From: Malacoraja senta
Lineage: Eukaryota
DNA: 64,000 bases
NCBI GenBank assembly: GCA_038087875.1
Contig: JAXLNO010000362.1
Location: 124,001-188,000 of the forward strand
Direction of reading: 5' to 3'
Below are positions 48,493-59,971 of this stretch, piece by piece; the first letter of the stretch is position 1, and every line of letters starts with the position of its first letter. The position numbers were made by a program, and so were the translations under genes. A model generated the notes under the pieces. The model made no database searches and was not told the origin of the DNA. It worked only from the letters and a program-made list of their open reading frames with translations.

Positions 48493-51400
48493 GCGACATT
48501 AGCGTTCACGCAGTGCAACAGCGACGAACGGGAGTACAGGCGCTCCCGCTACAAGTTTAAAAAGCGGACCATCAGGTAAGTACATACTCTGAGGTCGTAT
48601 TCAAGAAGCTTTGCTCTGCTTTGTCAATTCCAGGAAGAAGCTGGGGAAAATGAGCAAAGCACGGCAAGGGAAAAAGACCGCCCCCCGTTCGACTCCAACA
48701 GAACGGGAGTGTCCCATCAGTGGGGGGGCGAGAGGCGGCACCTGGACCGCACATGCTGCGGCACACCCTCATTGAGACCGAGCCGAGCCCAGTACCGCTA
48801 GCGCAGCCTGACCAACAGCAGTGGGCTGGAGGCAAATCAAGGCAAAAAACGAACTGGCCGGTTATTTCTGATTCCAATGAGGAGGACTCTCCGCCTGAGA
48901 GCGGCAGAGCTAGCCGCCTGAGCCGCATGGAAAGGCTCATGGAGCAAATGCTCCAGCGAGACTTGCTTCGGGAGCTGGAGCAGTCTCGCCAAGGGAACTC
49001 AGGCACTCCCACATCAGTGCCCTATAATGCACTGGCCATCGCTTCTCCCTCAGCCGAGGGCAGCGTTGGCGACCAGGGCTGGGCTGGTCAGGAACAGGGG
49101 TCATTGGCTGAAGATATCGGGAGTACGCTTGGGGTACAGGATCAGGAAGAGCTGCTGGGTGTGGTAAATCGCTACGGGGTTACACCACGAGCAGGGCGGC
49201 CGTTGCAGCCAAAACTGGCGGCCAGCATTAACCACCTGTCCCTCAAACCCCTACAAGAACAGGTAGTCAATGAGGCACTGGAACTCTATTCGCCTCCGGA
49301 AAACTGCAGTTCCCTCAACGTGCCGGCCGTTAACAGCCAAATCTGGGGGTATGTTGGACAGAGTATCCGGAACCAGGAGCTAAAATTACAACGTTTCCTC
49401 AAGCTCCTGACGACAGGGATAACATCCTATGCTCGTTCCGTGGATGGGGTGGATATGACCACCAACCAGCAAGACACTCTGGCTCTGCTGTGTAACACTC
49501 AATATGAGATCAACAACCTCCGCAAGGAGATAATAAGACCTGCCCTCAATCCCAAACATGCAGGACTGTGTAAAACACCGGCCTCAGAACCATAGATCCT
49601 GTTATTTGGAAAGGACTTGACAAAACAAGTGAAAGACCTGGAGGAAGAGGCCAAAGCATTCGGCCTCATGAGGGCAGGCCCCGGAACGAGCAGACCCACA
49701 CAACCCAGACGGCAGTACCCCACCGCGTCCACCAGTCGACGTCAAACTCATCGGACTCGTGAAAGCTCGGGGTCCGCATACCATCCCCGAAAGCCTTTTT
49801 TAGGCCAGGGCTCAGAGCGGACCCCATGGAAAATGCGCCACCCCCAACCAGCAGTACATCCAGCAGCACAACCACGGATGAAGAAACTGAAGAAAGGAAC
49901 ACTCCCATAACTATGGAGGTAGGTGGGTCTGGTTCCTACCAGCATATAAAAAGTGGGGGAACTTTACTAACAGGGGGGAGATTACACCTGTTCATTGAAG
50001 CATGGAGGTCTGTCACGAATGATAGTTATATACTTAACAGTATTCGTGGATACAAAAACAAAAAAGATGGTGGATGTCGCATCATAATTGACTTAACCTC
50101 ACTAAATACCTTTGTTAAGTATGTACATTTCAAAATGGAAACATTTGTAACTGCCAAACAACTGATTTCCAAAGGATACTTTATGGCGAGCATTGATTTA
50201 AAAGATGCCTACTATACAGTACCCATTCAAAAGGGTCATCGCAGATACCTGAAATTTACCTGGATGGGGCCTATGGCAGTTTAAAGCATTGCCTAATGGG
50301 TTAACATCAGCCCCAAGACTATTTACCAAGATATTAAAACCAGCCTTGGCAACCTTAAGAAAACAGAGACATATTGTCATGGCATATCTTGATGATATTC
50401 TATTAGTAGGCAAAACCATGGAGTTGGCTAAATCGGCTGTACTAGCTACCAAACAGTTGTTTGAAACCCTGGGATTTGTCATACATCCAGATAAATCTAA
50501 GTTGACGCCATCCACAACTATGGACTATCTGGGATTCACAATTAACTCAGTCCACATGTCTGTAACGTTGCCAAAACATAAAGCAGCACATTTGTCACGG
50601 ACGTGTAACAATTTAATGGTTAGCAATCGACAAACCATCCGACTAGTGGCAAGAGTAATTGGCAAAATGGTAGCAGCATTTCCAGCTACACAATTTGGAC
50701 CCCTGCACTATCAAAACCTACAAAAGGCAAAAGTACAGGCGTTAAAAAACGACATGCAGGTCACTTTGACCGAACCATGAAATTACCCATTGAAGCTATA
50801 TCAGAGTTACAGTGGTGGATAGAACACATTTGGCATAGTTCCAGCCCTATCATCATCAAAAACCCAACATTAACTATACAAACAGATGCCAGTGCTCAAG
50901 GCTGGGGAGCAACTAATACCATATCCAGCACAGGTGGTAGATGGACTAACCTAGAATCATCTTTACTACAAACACTGGGCATAAATTATTTGGAAATGTT
51001 GGGTGCGTTTTATGGTTTAAAAGCATATTCCACGAATATGCACCATCTGCATGTTCGTTTACAAATTGATAATACCACGGTGGTGGCCTATATTAACCAT
51101 ATGGGCGGAATAAAATCGATATCATGTGACAATTTGGTCAGCCAAATCTGGCAATGGTGTGTCAAAAGACATATTTGGCTATCAGCAACTTACCTACCAG
51201 GTAAGCTAAATACAGTGGCAGACACCAGGTCACGCAAATTCAATGATGACACCGAATGGATGTTAAATCCTAGAGCTTTTGCTAAAATTACAAAGCAATA
51301 TGGCACACCAGATATCGATCTCTTTGCATCCAGACTAAATCACCAGGTACCAATGTATGTCGCTTGGGAACCAGACCCTGAGGCAGCAGCGATAGATGCA

Positions 51401-53144
51401 TTCGCGCTGAACTGGGGAAACTATTTCTTTTATGCTTTTCCCCCCTCTGCCTCATCAGTGGGGTACTACGCAAAATACAGATGGGCTCCGCTTCAGGTAT
51501 TTTGATAGTACCCGACTGGCCTACACAGCCATGGTTCCCAGTGGTCCTAGACATGGTCATCGAAACTCCTATGACCTTTCCCAGTAGCCCAGACTTATTG
51601 ACTCACCCGGTATCAGGCATAAGTCATCCATGCCATGACAGAATTAACCTACTGGGTTGCAGATTATGAAAAGACCACTGCTGGGCCTGGGATTATCTGA
51701 CAGGACCATGAACACCATGACAGCGTCCCACCGTATGTCCACCAGGAAACAATACCTATCGAGCATCAGGAAGTGGGAAAGATACTGCTCGACTACTGGG
51801 ACAACATACTCATCTGCAACCATAACCAATGTACTGGAGTTCCTGGCTGGCCTTCACCATAATGAAGGACTGAGCTACAGCGCCATCAACACTGCCAGAA
51901 GTGCTCTGTCAGCCTACTTAAAACAAGTACCAGGACAACAGGCCATAGGGTCTCACCTGCTGGTGATCAAACTCATGAGGGGTATATTCAACTCCAACCC
52001 CCCTAGACCTAGGTACACCTAAATCTGGGATGTCAGTGTGGTCCTGACATACCTAAGGGGATGGTCACCAGCCAGGTCTCTCACCCTGGAACAGCTAACC
52101 CTGAAAACGGTCATGCTGATGGCACTAGTCTCAGCACAAAGAGTCCAGTCCCTCCACTTACTGTGACTGGACAACATGGTTATAACACCAGACCGGGTCT
52201 CATTCACCATTGAGGAGCTGGTAGAGCAGAGCAGGCCAGGAACTTCAGGCCTAGTTATGGATTTCCGGGCATACCCACCTGACCCACGGTTGTGTGTCAT
52301 GACTCACCTACTCACTTACATCAACACAACAAGAGATTCCCGAGGGAGAGAAAAAGCCTTATGGGTCAGCCACAAGAAACCTCATGGTCGGGTGTCGAGC
52401 CAAACCATCTCAAGATGGCTCAAGCAGGTACTGGGAGCTGCTGGAGTAGATACTGACGTATATACATCTCACTCCACCAGGGCAGCATCCACATCGGCGG
52501 CTAAAAGGATGGACGTACCACTGGACCACATCCTGGCTACAGCGGGGTGGTCCATGGAGAAAACGTTCCAAACGTTCTACAACAAGCCGCTAGCAGAACC
52601 TGTGTTATTTGCAGAAAGAGTTTTAGAATCTGCAAATATATAATTTAAGCCCGGGGGAGCATTTTTCTTTTGTTATTGTTTAATAAATACCATTATTGTT
52701 TACAAACAGATTCATGGTTGATTACGATAACATACTTCCTCCTTTGAATGACTTCGGCAGCGAGTGAAGTATGAACTGTTACACGGTTTGAAATCACAGA
52801 GCTTTAAAATCTTCACGTAGTCACTAACGTGACTCCGAAGTAAAATAGTAAGATTAAACGAGAACTTACCAGTTTGAAGTTTGATCTGTATTTTATGAGG
52901 AATTACGATGAGGGATTACGTGCCCTCCGCTCCCACCCTCAATTATAGAGATCAACTGGTATCTTAGTTCTCCTTTTTCTTACTATGTTTATTTCAATTA
53001 TTGTGTTTCCTGTGATTCCACACCGCTGCTTTGAAGTACGTCGCGCATGCGTGCTGGACGGGTTTTTCACGTAATCCCTCATCGTAACTCCTCATAAAAT
53101 ACAGATCAAACTTCAAACTGGTAAGTTCTCGTTTAATCTTACTA
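48438..53144 (+). mobile_element. DIRS1-like tyrosine-recombinase retrotransposon B (full termini, few lesions)
   Basis: Left ITR from 48438, ICR 52811-52922, right ITR ~53040-53144. Gag ~48650-49910; RT/RNaseH/MT 49913-51668 (YLDD, QTDAS, DNTT, DLFAS); YR 51666-52643 (HSTRAAS, AGWS..TFQTFY). Stops and frameshifts present, plus an internal deletion at ~50055. Confidence 0.96.
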
Positions 53145-53763
53145 TTATAATTAATTGTCTTGGTATAAAAGTAAAAATTGTTCCTAGTGTAGGATAGTGT
53201 TAGTGTGCGAGGATCGCTGGTTAGTGCGGCCACAGTGGGCCGAAGGGCCTGTTTTTGCGCTGTATCTCTAAACTAAACTAAACTAAACCATTAACAGTGT
53301 AGGAAGGAACTGCAGGATATTGAGTTGGATGATCAGCCATGATCATATCGAATGGCGGTGCAGGCTCGAAGGGCCGAATGGCCTACTCCTGCACCTGTTT
53401 CTAAACCTGTCCTATCCATGTACCTGCCCAATGTCTTTTAAATGTTATAGTTGCTGCCTCAATCACCTCCACCGGCAGCTTGTTCCATACATCCACCACA
53501 CTCTGAATGAAAAACATTTCCCAAAAGTTCCTATTAAATCTTTCCACCCTCACTTTAATCATATGTCCTCAGGTTCTTCATTCCCCAAATTTCGAGTTGG
53601 GACCCTTCTGTAACATCACCTATTCTTCCAGAGGTGCTGCCTGTCCCGCTGAGTTACTCCAGCACTTTGTACCTACCACATTCTCCAGAGATGCTGCTTA
53701 ACCCACTGAGTTACTCCAGCACTTTGTACCTATTGAATGCAGTGAAGGCTTGTATGTACTTAC

Positions 53764-53835
53764 CAAGTGAAAACATGAAGGGGTAATTCAAATCCATGAA
53801 CTTCTGAAAGGTATAAACCATAGTCGCTGTGTAGA
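53764..53835 (-). pseudogene. Inverted copy of a 72-bp phase 1-1 exon (exon 2 of the CxxC gene relic)
   Basis: Minus strand: (CT)nCTTCCATTAG| ... G|GTAAGT; open frame YTATMVYTFQKFMDLNYPFMFSL. Confidence 0.6.
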
Positions 53836-53964
53836 CTAATGGAAGAGAGAGAGAGAGACAGAGTCAATGCTGATGAAGACGGGGGCCATGGGTTCATGTG
53901 AACACAATTAGCTTCTTCCCCACTAAACCCAAACACGTCCACTCTCTCCAGCACATCCTAACTA

Positions 53965-54490
53965 TATCCCTCCCCTCCTCCCTCCCTCCCATCCTCCTTC
54001 CCTCTCCCCCTTCCTCGCTCTCTCACTCCCTCCTTACCTCTCTCCCCTCCCAACCTTACTCTCTCCCTCCTTCCCTCCCTCATCCCTCTCTCCATCACTC
54101 CCTCTACCCTTCCATCCCTCCCTCACCCCCATCTCCCTCTCTCCTCCCTCCCTCCCTACTTTACCTCCGTCCCACACTCTCTCCTTCCCTCCCTCCCCCT
54201 CACCTCCTCTCCTCCCTCTCTCCCCCATCCTCCCTTCCTTCCCCCTCTCCCCTCCCTCTCCCTCCTTCCATCTGTCCCTACCTTTCCTTCCCTATACCCT
54301 CCCTCTCTCCCTTCCTCTCTGTCTCCTTCTCGCTCCCTCCTTCCCTCCCTCCCTCTCGCCCCTCTCCGTCTCGCCTCTCCCCTCCCCTCGGTCCCTCCCT
54401 CTTTCCTTCCTTCCTCTCCCTTCCTTCTCTCCTTTCCTTCTCTCCCTCCACTCTCCCTCCCTTCCCTCCGTCCCTCCCTCATCCCTATCC
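53965..54490. repeat. Polypyrimidine/polypurine low-complexity tracts (also 54826-55045, 55390-55725, 56291-56700)
   Basis: Directly visible CCCT/CTCT-rich and GGGA/GAGA-rich runs. Confidence 0.95.
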
Positions 54491-54739
54491 GTGTTCTCCA
54501 GAGATGCTGCCTGTCCCGCTGAGTTACTCCAGCACTCTGTGTCTCCAATTTTGTGTCGAGGCCTGGGTTGGTCTCTGTGACGAGACAACTGCAGATGCTG
54601 GAAACATCGAAGGTAAACAAAAATGCTGGAGAAACTCAACGGGTGAGGCAGCATCTATGGAACGAATGAGTAGGCGACGTCACCTATTCCTTCGCTCCAT
54701 AGATGCTGCCTCACCCGCTGAGTTTCTCCAGCATTTTTG

Positions 54740-54825
54740 TCAACCGCGTCTGTTCGTGGATTCTGAGGACAAATGTTCCACTCAGCTGGACCCGGTTATC
54801 ACTTACACCAAGGACTTCAAAATGG
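54740..54825 (+). pseudogene. Partial duplicate of exon 1 (3' half) of the CxxC gene relic
   Basis: VDSEDKCSTQLDPVITYTKDFKM, preceded by the same Penelope fold-back; the signal-peptide half is deleted. Confidence 0.65.
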
Positions 54826-55144
54826 ATGAGAGGGAGGGAGGGAGGGAGGGAGGGAAGTAGAGTGAGACGGAGGGTAGCTAGGGAGGGAGAGGGAAGAAGA
54901 GAGGGTAGAATGTGAGGGTTGGGGAGAGTCAGGGGTGGATAGTGGAGGGAGGGTGGGTGGGTGGGAGGGAGGCTCCCCTCCTCACCGCCCCTCCCTCCCT
55001 TCTGCCCTCTGTCCCTCCCTCTCTCCCCCCCTCTCTCTCTCCCTCATCCCTGTACCTATCCGAGTTCAGAGATGCTGCCTGACCCGCTGAGTTACTCCAG
55101 GACTTTGTACCTATTGAAGGCAGTGAAGGCTTGTATGTACTTAC

Positions 55145-55216
55145 CAAGTGAAAACATGAAGGGGTAAATCAAATCCATGAGCTTCTGAAAGGGATAAACC
55201 ATAGTCGCTGTGTAGA
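55145..55216 (-). pseudogene. Second inverted copy of the 72-bp exon
   Basis: Same acceptor and donor; open frame YTATMVYPFQKLMDLIYPFMFSL. Confidence 0.6.
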
Positions 55217-55915
55217 CTAATGGAAGGGAGGGAAAGAGAGAGAGACAGTCAATGCAGATAAAGACGGGAGCCGTGAGCTTATCTGAACACAATTAGCTTC
55301 TTCCCCACTAAAGCCAAACACGTCCTCTCTCTCCAGCACATCCTGACTATTCCCAGGGTACAATTGTCCGTTTAATAACCCAATGCCCCCACTCCTCACC
55401 GCCCCTCCCTCCCTCCCCCTCCCATCCTTTTTCCCTTTCTCCATTCCTCTCTCTTCCTCATCCCTGTTGTCTTTTTCTTTTGTTTGATAATTGTCTGTTT
55501 AATAACCCGATGCCTCCACTCCTCACCGCCCCTCCCTCCGTCCTTCCCTTCCCGCCCTCCTTCGCACCTCCCTCTCTCACTCCCTGCCTCCCTCCCCCTC
55601 CTTCCCTCTCCTAACCCAGCCTCCCATTCACCATGCCTCTCTATCTCTGCCCACCCCTCCCCGCTCTTCCTCCCTCCCTCCCTCTTCCTCCCCCTCCTTC
55701 CCTCCCTCCCTCATCCCTCTCCCTATCCGTGTTCTCCAGAGATGCTGCCTGTCCCGCTGAGTTACTCCAGCACTCTGTGTCTCCAATGTTTGTGCCGGGA
55801 CGTGGGTTGGTCTCTGTGACGGGACATCCTGGAGACCTTTGTTGAGCGTCGGGGAGGTTCTCGGACGATGTCGCCCACAAGGCGAGAAGGTTTTTCAGCC
55901 AGCGCCGAGGTCAAG

Positions 55916-56291
55916 ATGTCCCAGAATAATCTGGCTTCTGTGTTTCTCCTGCTCGCCGTGTTGGCTCACAGGGGCTGCGCTTGTATGAACTGCGACCGCC
56001 GGCTCTGGTCCAAGTTCCTGGACCTGATCAACCGCTGTCTGATGTTTAAGAAAGAACTGCAGATGCTGGAAAAATCGAAGGTAAACAAAAATGCTGGAGA
56101 AACTCAAGGGTGAGGCAGCATCTATGGAACGAAGGAGTAGGCGACGTCACCTATTCCTTCGCTCCATAGATGCTGCCTCACCCGCTGAGTTTCTCCAGCA
56201 TTTTGTCAACCGCGTCTGATCGTGGATTCTGAGGACAAATGTTACACTCAGCTGGACCCGGTTATCACTTACTCCAAGGACTTCAAAATGG
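55916..56291 (+). pseudogene. Exon 1 of a secreted/membrane CxxC protein (IZUMO/SPACA6/TMEM95-like), interrupted by a Penelope fold-back at 56044-56205
   Basis: Removing the insert and one TSD copy (TCAACCGC(T)GTCTGAT) gives MSQNNLASVFLLLAVLAHRGCACMNCDRRLWSKFLDLINRCLIVDSEDKCYTQLDPVITYSKDFKM: a hydrophobic signal peptide followed by CxxC. Donor decayed. The family assignment is inference. Confidence 0.6.
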
Positions 56292-56873
56292 GGGAGAGGG
56301 GGGGTGGAGGAGGGAAGTAGAGTGAGGGAGCCAGAGACAGGGGAGGGAAGAAGAGAAGGAGGGGAGGGAGAGGGGGGGAGAGGGAGAGGAGAGGGGAGAG
56401 GGGAGAGGGGGGGGAGAGAGAGGGAGGGAGGGAGGAAGAGTTAGAGAGGGGTAGGTTGGGAGGGATGGAGAGAGGGAGGGGTATAGTGTGAGGGAGGGAG
56501 AGACAGGGGAGGGGAGAAAAGAATGAGGGAGGAAGCTAGGGGGAAGAGGGAGGGAGGGAAGGAGGGAAGCGTAGGGTAAGATGGAGGGTAGGTTGGGAGG
56601 AAGAGGGGAGAAGAGAGGGAGGGTAAAATGGGAGGGAGAGGAGGAGAGATGGAGGGGGATGGATAGAGTGGAGGGAGGGATGAAGGAGGGCCGGTGAGGA
56701 GGGGAGCATTGGGTTATTAAACAGACATTTGTACCCTGGGAATAGTCAGGATGTGCTGGAGAGAGTGGACATGTTTGGGTTTAGTGGGGAAGAAGCCAAT
56801 TTTGTTCATATAACCCCACGGCTCCCGTCTTTATCAGCATTGTCTCTCCGTCTCTCTCTCTCTCTTCCATTAG

Positions 56874-56944
56874 TCTATACAGAGACTATGGTTTATACCT
56901 TTCAGAAGCTCATGGATTGATTTACTCCTTCATGTTTTCTCTTA
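56874..56944 (+). pseudogene. Sense copy of exon 2 (71 bp, 1-bp deletion gives TGA)
   Basis: CTCTTCCATTAG| ... A|GTAAGT; phase matches the phase-1 end of exon 1. Confidence 0.6.
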
Positions 56945-56999
56945 GTAAGTAAATACAAGCCTTCACTGCCTTCAATAGGTACAAAGTGCTGGAGTCACC

Positions 57000-57180
57000 A
57001 GGGGGGGAAGAACGTTTCTCTCCCTCCTTTTGGGAAATCTGACCACGCTGCCATTTTCCTGCTGCCGGAGTATAAACAACGGATAGTACGGGAAGCGGCA
57101 GTGACGAGGGACATAAAGCGGTGGTCTGACCATTCAGAGGCCATGCTGCAGGATGCACTGAGCGATGTCGACTGGAATAT
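57000..57180 (+). mobile_element. Rex1-type endonuclease-region fragment
   Basis: GKSDHAAIFLLPEYKQRIVREAAVTRDIKRWSDHSEAMLQDALSDVDWN. Confidence 0.75.
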
Positions 57181-58375
57181 TAGACCTTCAGCCCAGAGAC
57201 ATTAGGTTGGACAAACTAGGTACCAATGTCCGACTATTGGAGTGTGTAGGGGGGTCACATGAAATGAACGGAATTGGGAGTCTGCCGTGTACATCTGCGG
57301 GACCCCCCAAATGGGCCAACAAATGGGTGGTAAATAGATGAGTGAAGTACCACTTAAATCCACTACCATGGTGTGCTCACTGCCACACCTATATCAACAA
57401 CACAAACGGCAGACATTTGTCCCGCTGCAAAAGGCCCGCCAGACCCCCCACAAAGGGTCTAAAAATAGGCTAGCATATAGACGAGCAAGGTACCCCTCAA
57501 ATATAATGCCAAATGAACAAGTTGAGTTCATCGAGTACAAAATGGGTTACTCCAGACAAATAGTCCGCTGCACTACAGGTACCAGACACCCCAAAATGGA
57601 CACCCTAGACCCTGCTGTCCAACTAGGCTAGCCTAGATATTGCGTATACCAGCCATAACCAAGTTTAAATGATCTGTCACACCTTGGGGGATATAAAATG
57701 ACCTATGACAGAACAATTATCCTCTGCCTTGGGTTTACCCGACCCCCTAAATGTATCCTTGAGCCAATCTAGACGAGTGAGGACATAGGTTCAAGGTGAA
57801 GGGAAAATATCTGAGGGGTAACATTTTCACACAAAGGGTGGTGTGTGTATGGAACGAGCTGCTGGAGGAGATACTTCAGGCTGGGACTATCCCAAAGTTT
57901 AAGAAACAGTTAGAAAGGTACATGGACAGGACAAGTTTGGAGGGATATGGACCAAGCGCAGGCAGGTGGGACTAGTGTAGATGGGACATGTTGGCCGGTG
58001 TGGGCAAGTTGGGCTGAATCTATATAGATGATGATGTAGAGAGAGATAAAGAACAATGAATGAAAGATAGATGCAAACAAAGTAACGATGTTAAAGGAAA
58101 CAGGGACACTGTTAGCGGTTTGTTGGGTGAAAACGAGAAGCTGGTGCGACTTGGGTGGGGGAGGGATGGAGAGAGAGGGAACACAGGGCTACCTCAAGTG
58201 AGAGAAATCAATGTTCATATCACTGGGCTGTAAGCTGCCCAAGCGGAATATGAGATGCTGGTCCTCCAATTTGTGTTTAGCCTCACTCTGTCAATGGAGG
58301 ACAGAAAGGTCAGTGTGGGAAGGGGAATTAAAGTATTTAGCAACCGGGATTATGAATATTGATTTATCTAACTAC

Positions 58376-58665
58376 GTGAGAGTGTGTGAGAGAGAGTGTG
58401 AGAGTGGCAGAGAGTGAGAGAGAGTGGGTGTGAGTGTGAGAGAAAGTTTGAGAGAGGGAGACAGTGCGAGAGGGGGAGAGTGTGTGTGAAACTGCGAGTG
58501 TGAGAGACAGTGCATGAGTGTGAGAGTGAGAGAGAAAGAGGAGAGGGAGAAAGAGAGCGAGAGAGAGAGAGAGAGAAAGTGAGTGAGAGGGAGAGAGAGA
58601 GAGATAGAAAGTGAGTGAGATGGAGAGAGAGAGAGAGAGAGAGAGCGAGAGTGTGTGAGTGGAGA
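58376..58665. repeat. Compound (GA)n/(GT)n microsatellite
   Basis: Directly visible. Confidence 0.9.
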
Positions 58666-58799
58666 ACATAAACAACATGCGTGAACCTGGGTCTGTGGGA
58701 GTTCAGGAGTTGTGAACCTTCTCGCTGATGGTATTAAATGCCGGGCCACACCGCGCACTGCTCTGTACTAAACCCACAACTGCTTCCCTTTCCTTCCAG

Positions 58800-58958
58800 A
58801 GCGCGGGGAGTGGGCAGGACGGGCCGGCCCCAGAGGAGATGACAGGAGGAGGGGAATCTGGAGAGGGGGGAGAGCAAGCGGCCGTGTACGCCAACCTGTA
58901 CACCATGTACAGTGGCGAGGGGGTGGAATACACGGCGCTCTGGTTCCAGTCCAAGCAG
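58800..58958 (+). CDS. Cytoplasmic ITIM-bearing exon of the Siglec-like receptor
   Basis: Acceptor CTTCCCTTTCCTTCCAG|, phase 0. Reads SAGSGQDGPAPEEMTGGGESGEGGEQAAVYANLYTMYSGEGVEYTALWFQSKQ, with AVYANL and canonical VEYTAL. Ends either at CAG|GTAGGT or reads on to TGA at 58977-58979. Confidence 0.82.
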
Positions 58959-59526
58959 GTAGGTGGGAGGATGGAGTGAGGGAGGGGAGGGAGGTGTTGA
59001 GGGAGGTGAGGGGAGGGGCGGTGAGGAGCGAGAGGCGAAGGGCAGGGGGCGCTACACCAGCCTTAACTACCTTGGGTTTCATAGATTAATTTACCCTCTG
59101 TAGATGAAATAGTGGGATAACATAGTGTGTGAACGGATGATCGATGGTCGGTGCGGACTCGGTGGGCCGAAGGGCCTGTTTCCCCACAGTATCTCTTTAA
59201 TAAAAGCCTTTGTTTCTTTAGAACACAGACTGTTCCGCGGGTAACTATTAACATCGACAATAATTGCTTCTATTGACACTGATCAAATGATAGTCTGTTA
59301 AACACAGACTTTACCTGTAGTTACAAAATAGACTCGTAGATATTAAATGAAGACCTTTATGTTTTGAGAATCCTGTGGGATTGTTGCTAATGCTATTCTG
59401 AAACTCTGAAACGCCCTCTTGCTCTTGTAGCGCCATGTTCTATAACAAGTTACATAACAAGCAGCTCTCTGTGTGGCATGGTGAGTAATAATAATAATGA
59501 AATGCAGACGCTGGAAATCTGACAAA

Positions 59527-59833
59527 GGGCGGCACGGTGGCGCAGCGGTAGAGTTGCTGCCTCACAGCGCCAGAGACCCGGGTTCGATCCTGACTACAGG
59601 TGCTGTCTGTAGGGAGTTTGTACGTTCTCCCCGTGACCTGCGTGGGTTTTCTCCGGGATCTTCGGTTTTCCTCCCACACTCCAAAGATGGGCTGGTTTGT
59701 AGGTTAATGGCTTGCTGTAAATGTAAATTATCCCTGGTGTGTGTAGTGTGCGGGGATCGCTGGTCGGCGCTGACTCGGTGGGCCGAAGGTCCTGTTTCCG
59801 CGCTGTGTCTCTGGACTACACTAAACTAAAACT
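59527..59833 (+). mobile_element. Full-length HE1/V-SINE-type SINE
   Basis: GGGCGGCACGGTGGCGCAGCGGTAGAG (A box), GGGTTCGATCC (B box), CR1-derived tail. Confidence 0.9.
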
Positions 59834-59971
59834 AATCAGTCATGGTCATCTAATAGTGGAGCAGGTGCAAGATTAATCCTGATACTATTTTTATATCATT
59901 ACATGTTTTCGGCAGAGGATTTGAATTTGTTGCATTTGTAAACAAAGAGATTAAAATGCTGAACCATTACA

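Noticed and set aside
53898..54860. 320-aa Pro/Ser/Leu ORF
   Set aside because: A pyrimidine tract lacking stop codons; only its last part overlaps the real exon relic.
59527..59600. tRNA gene
   Set aside because: The tRNA-like head continues into a SINE core and CR1 tail.
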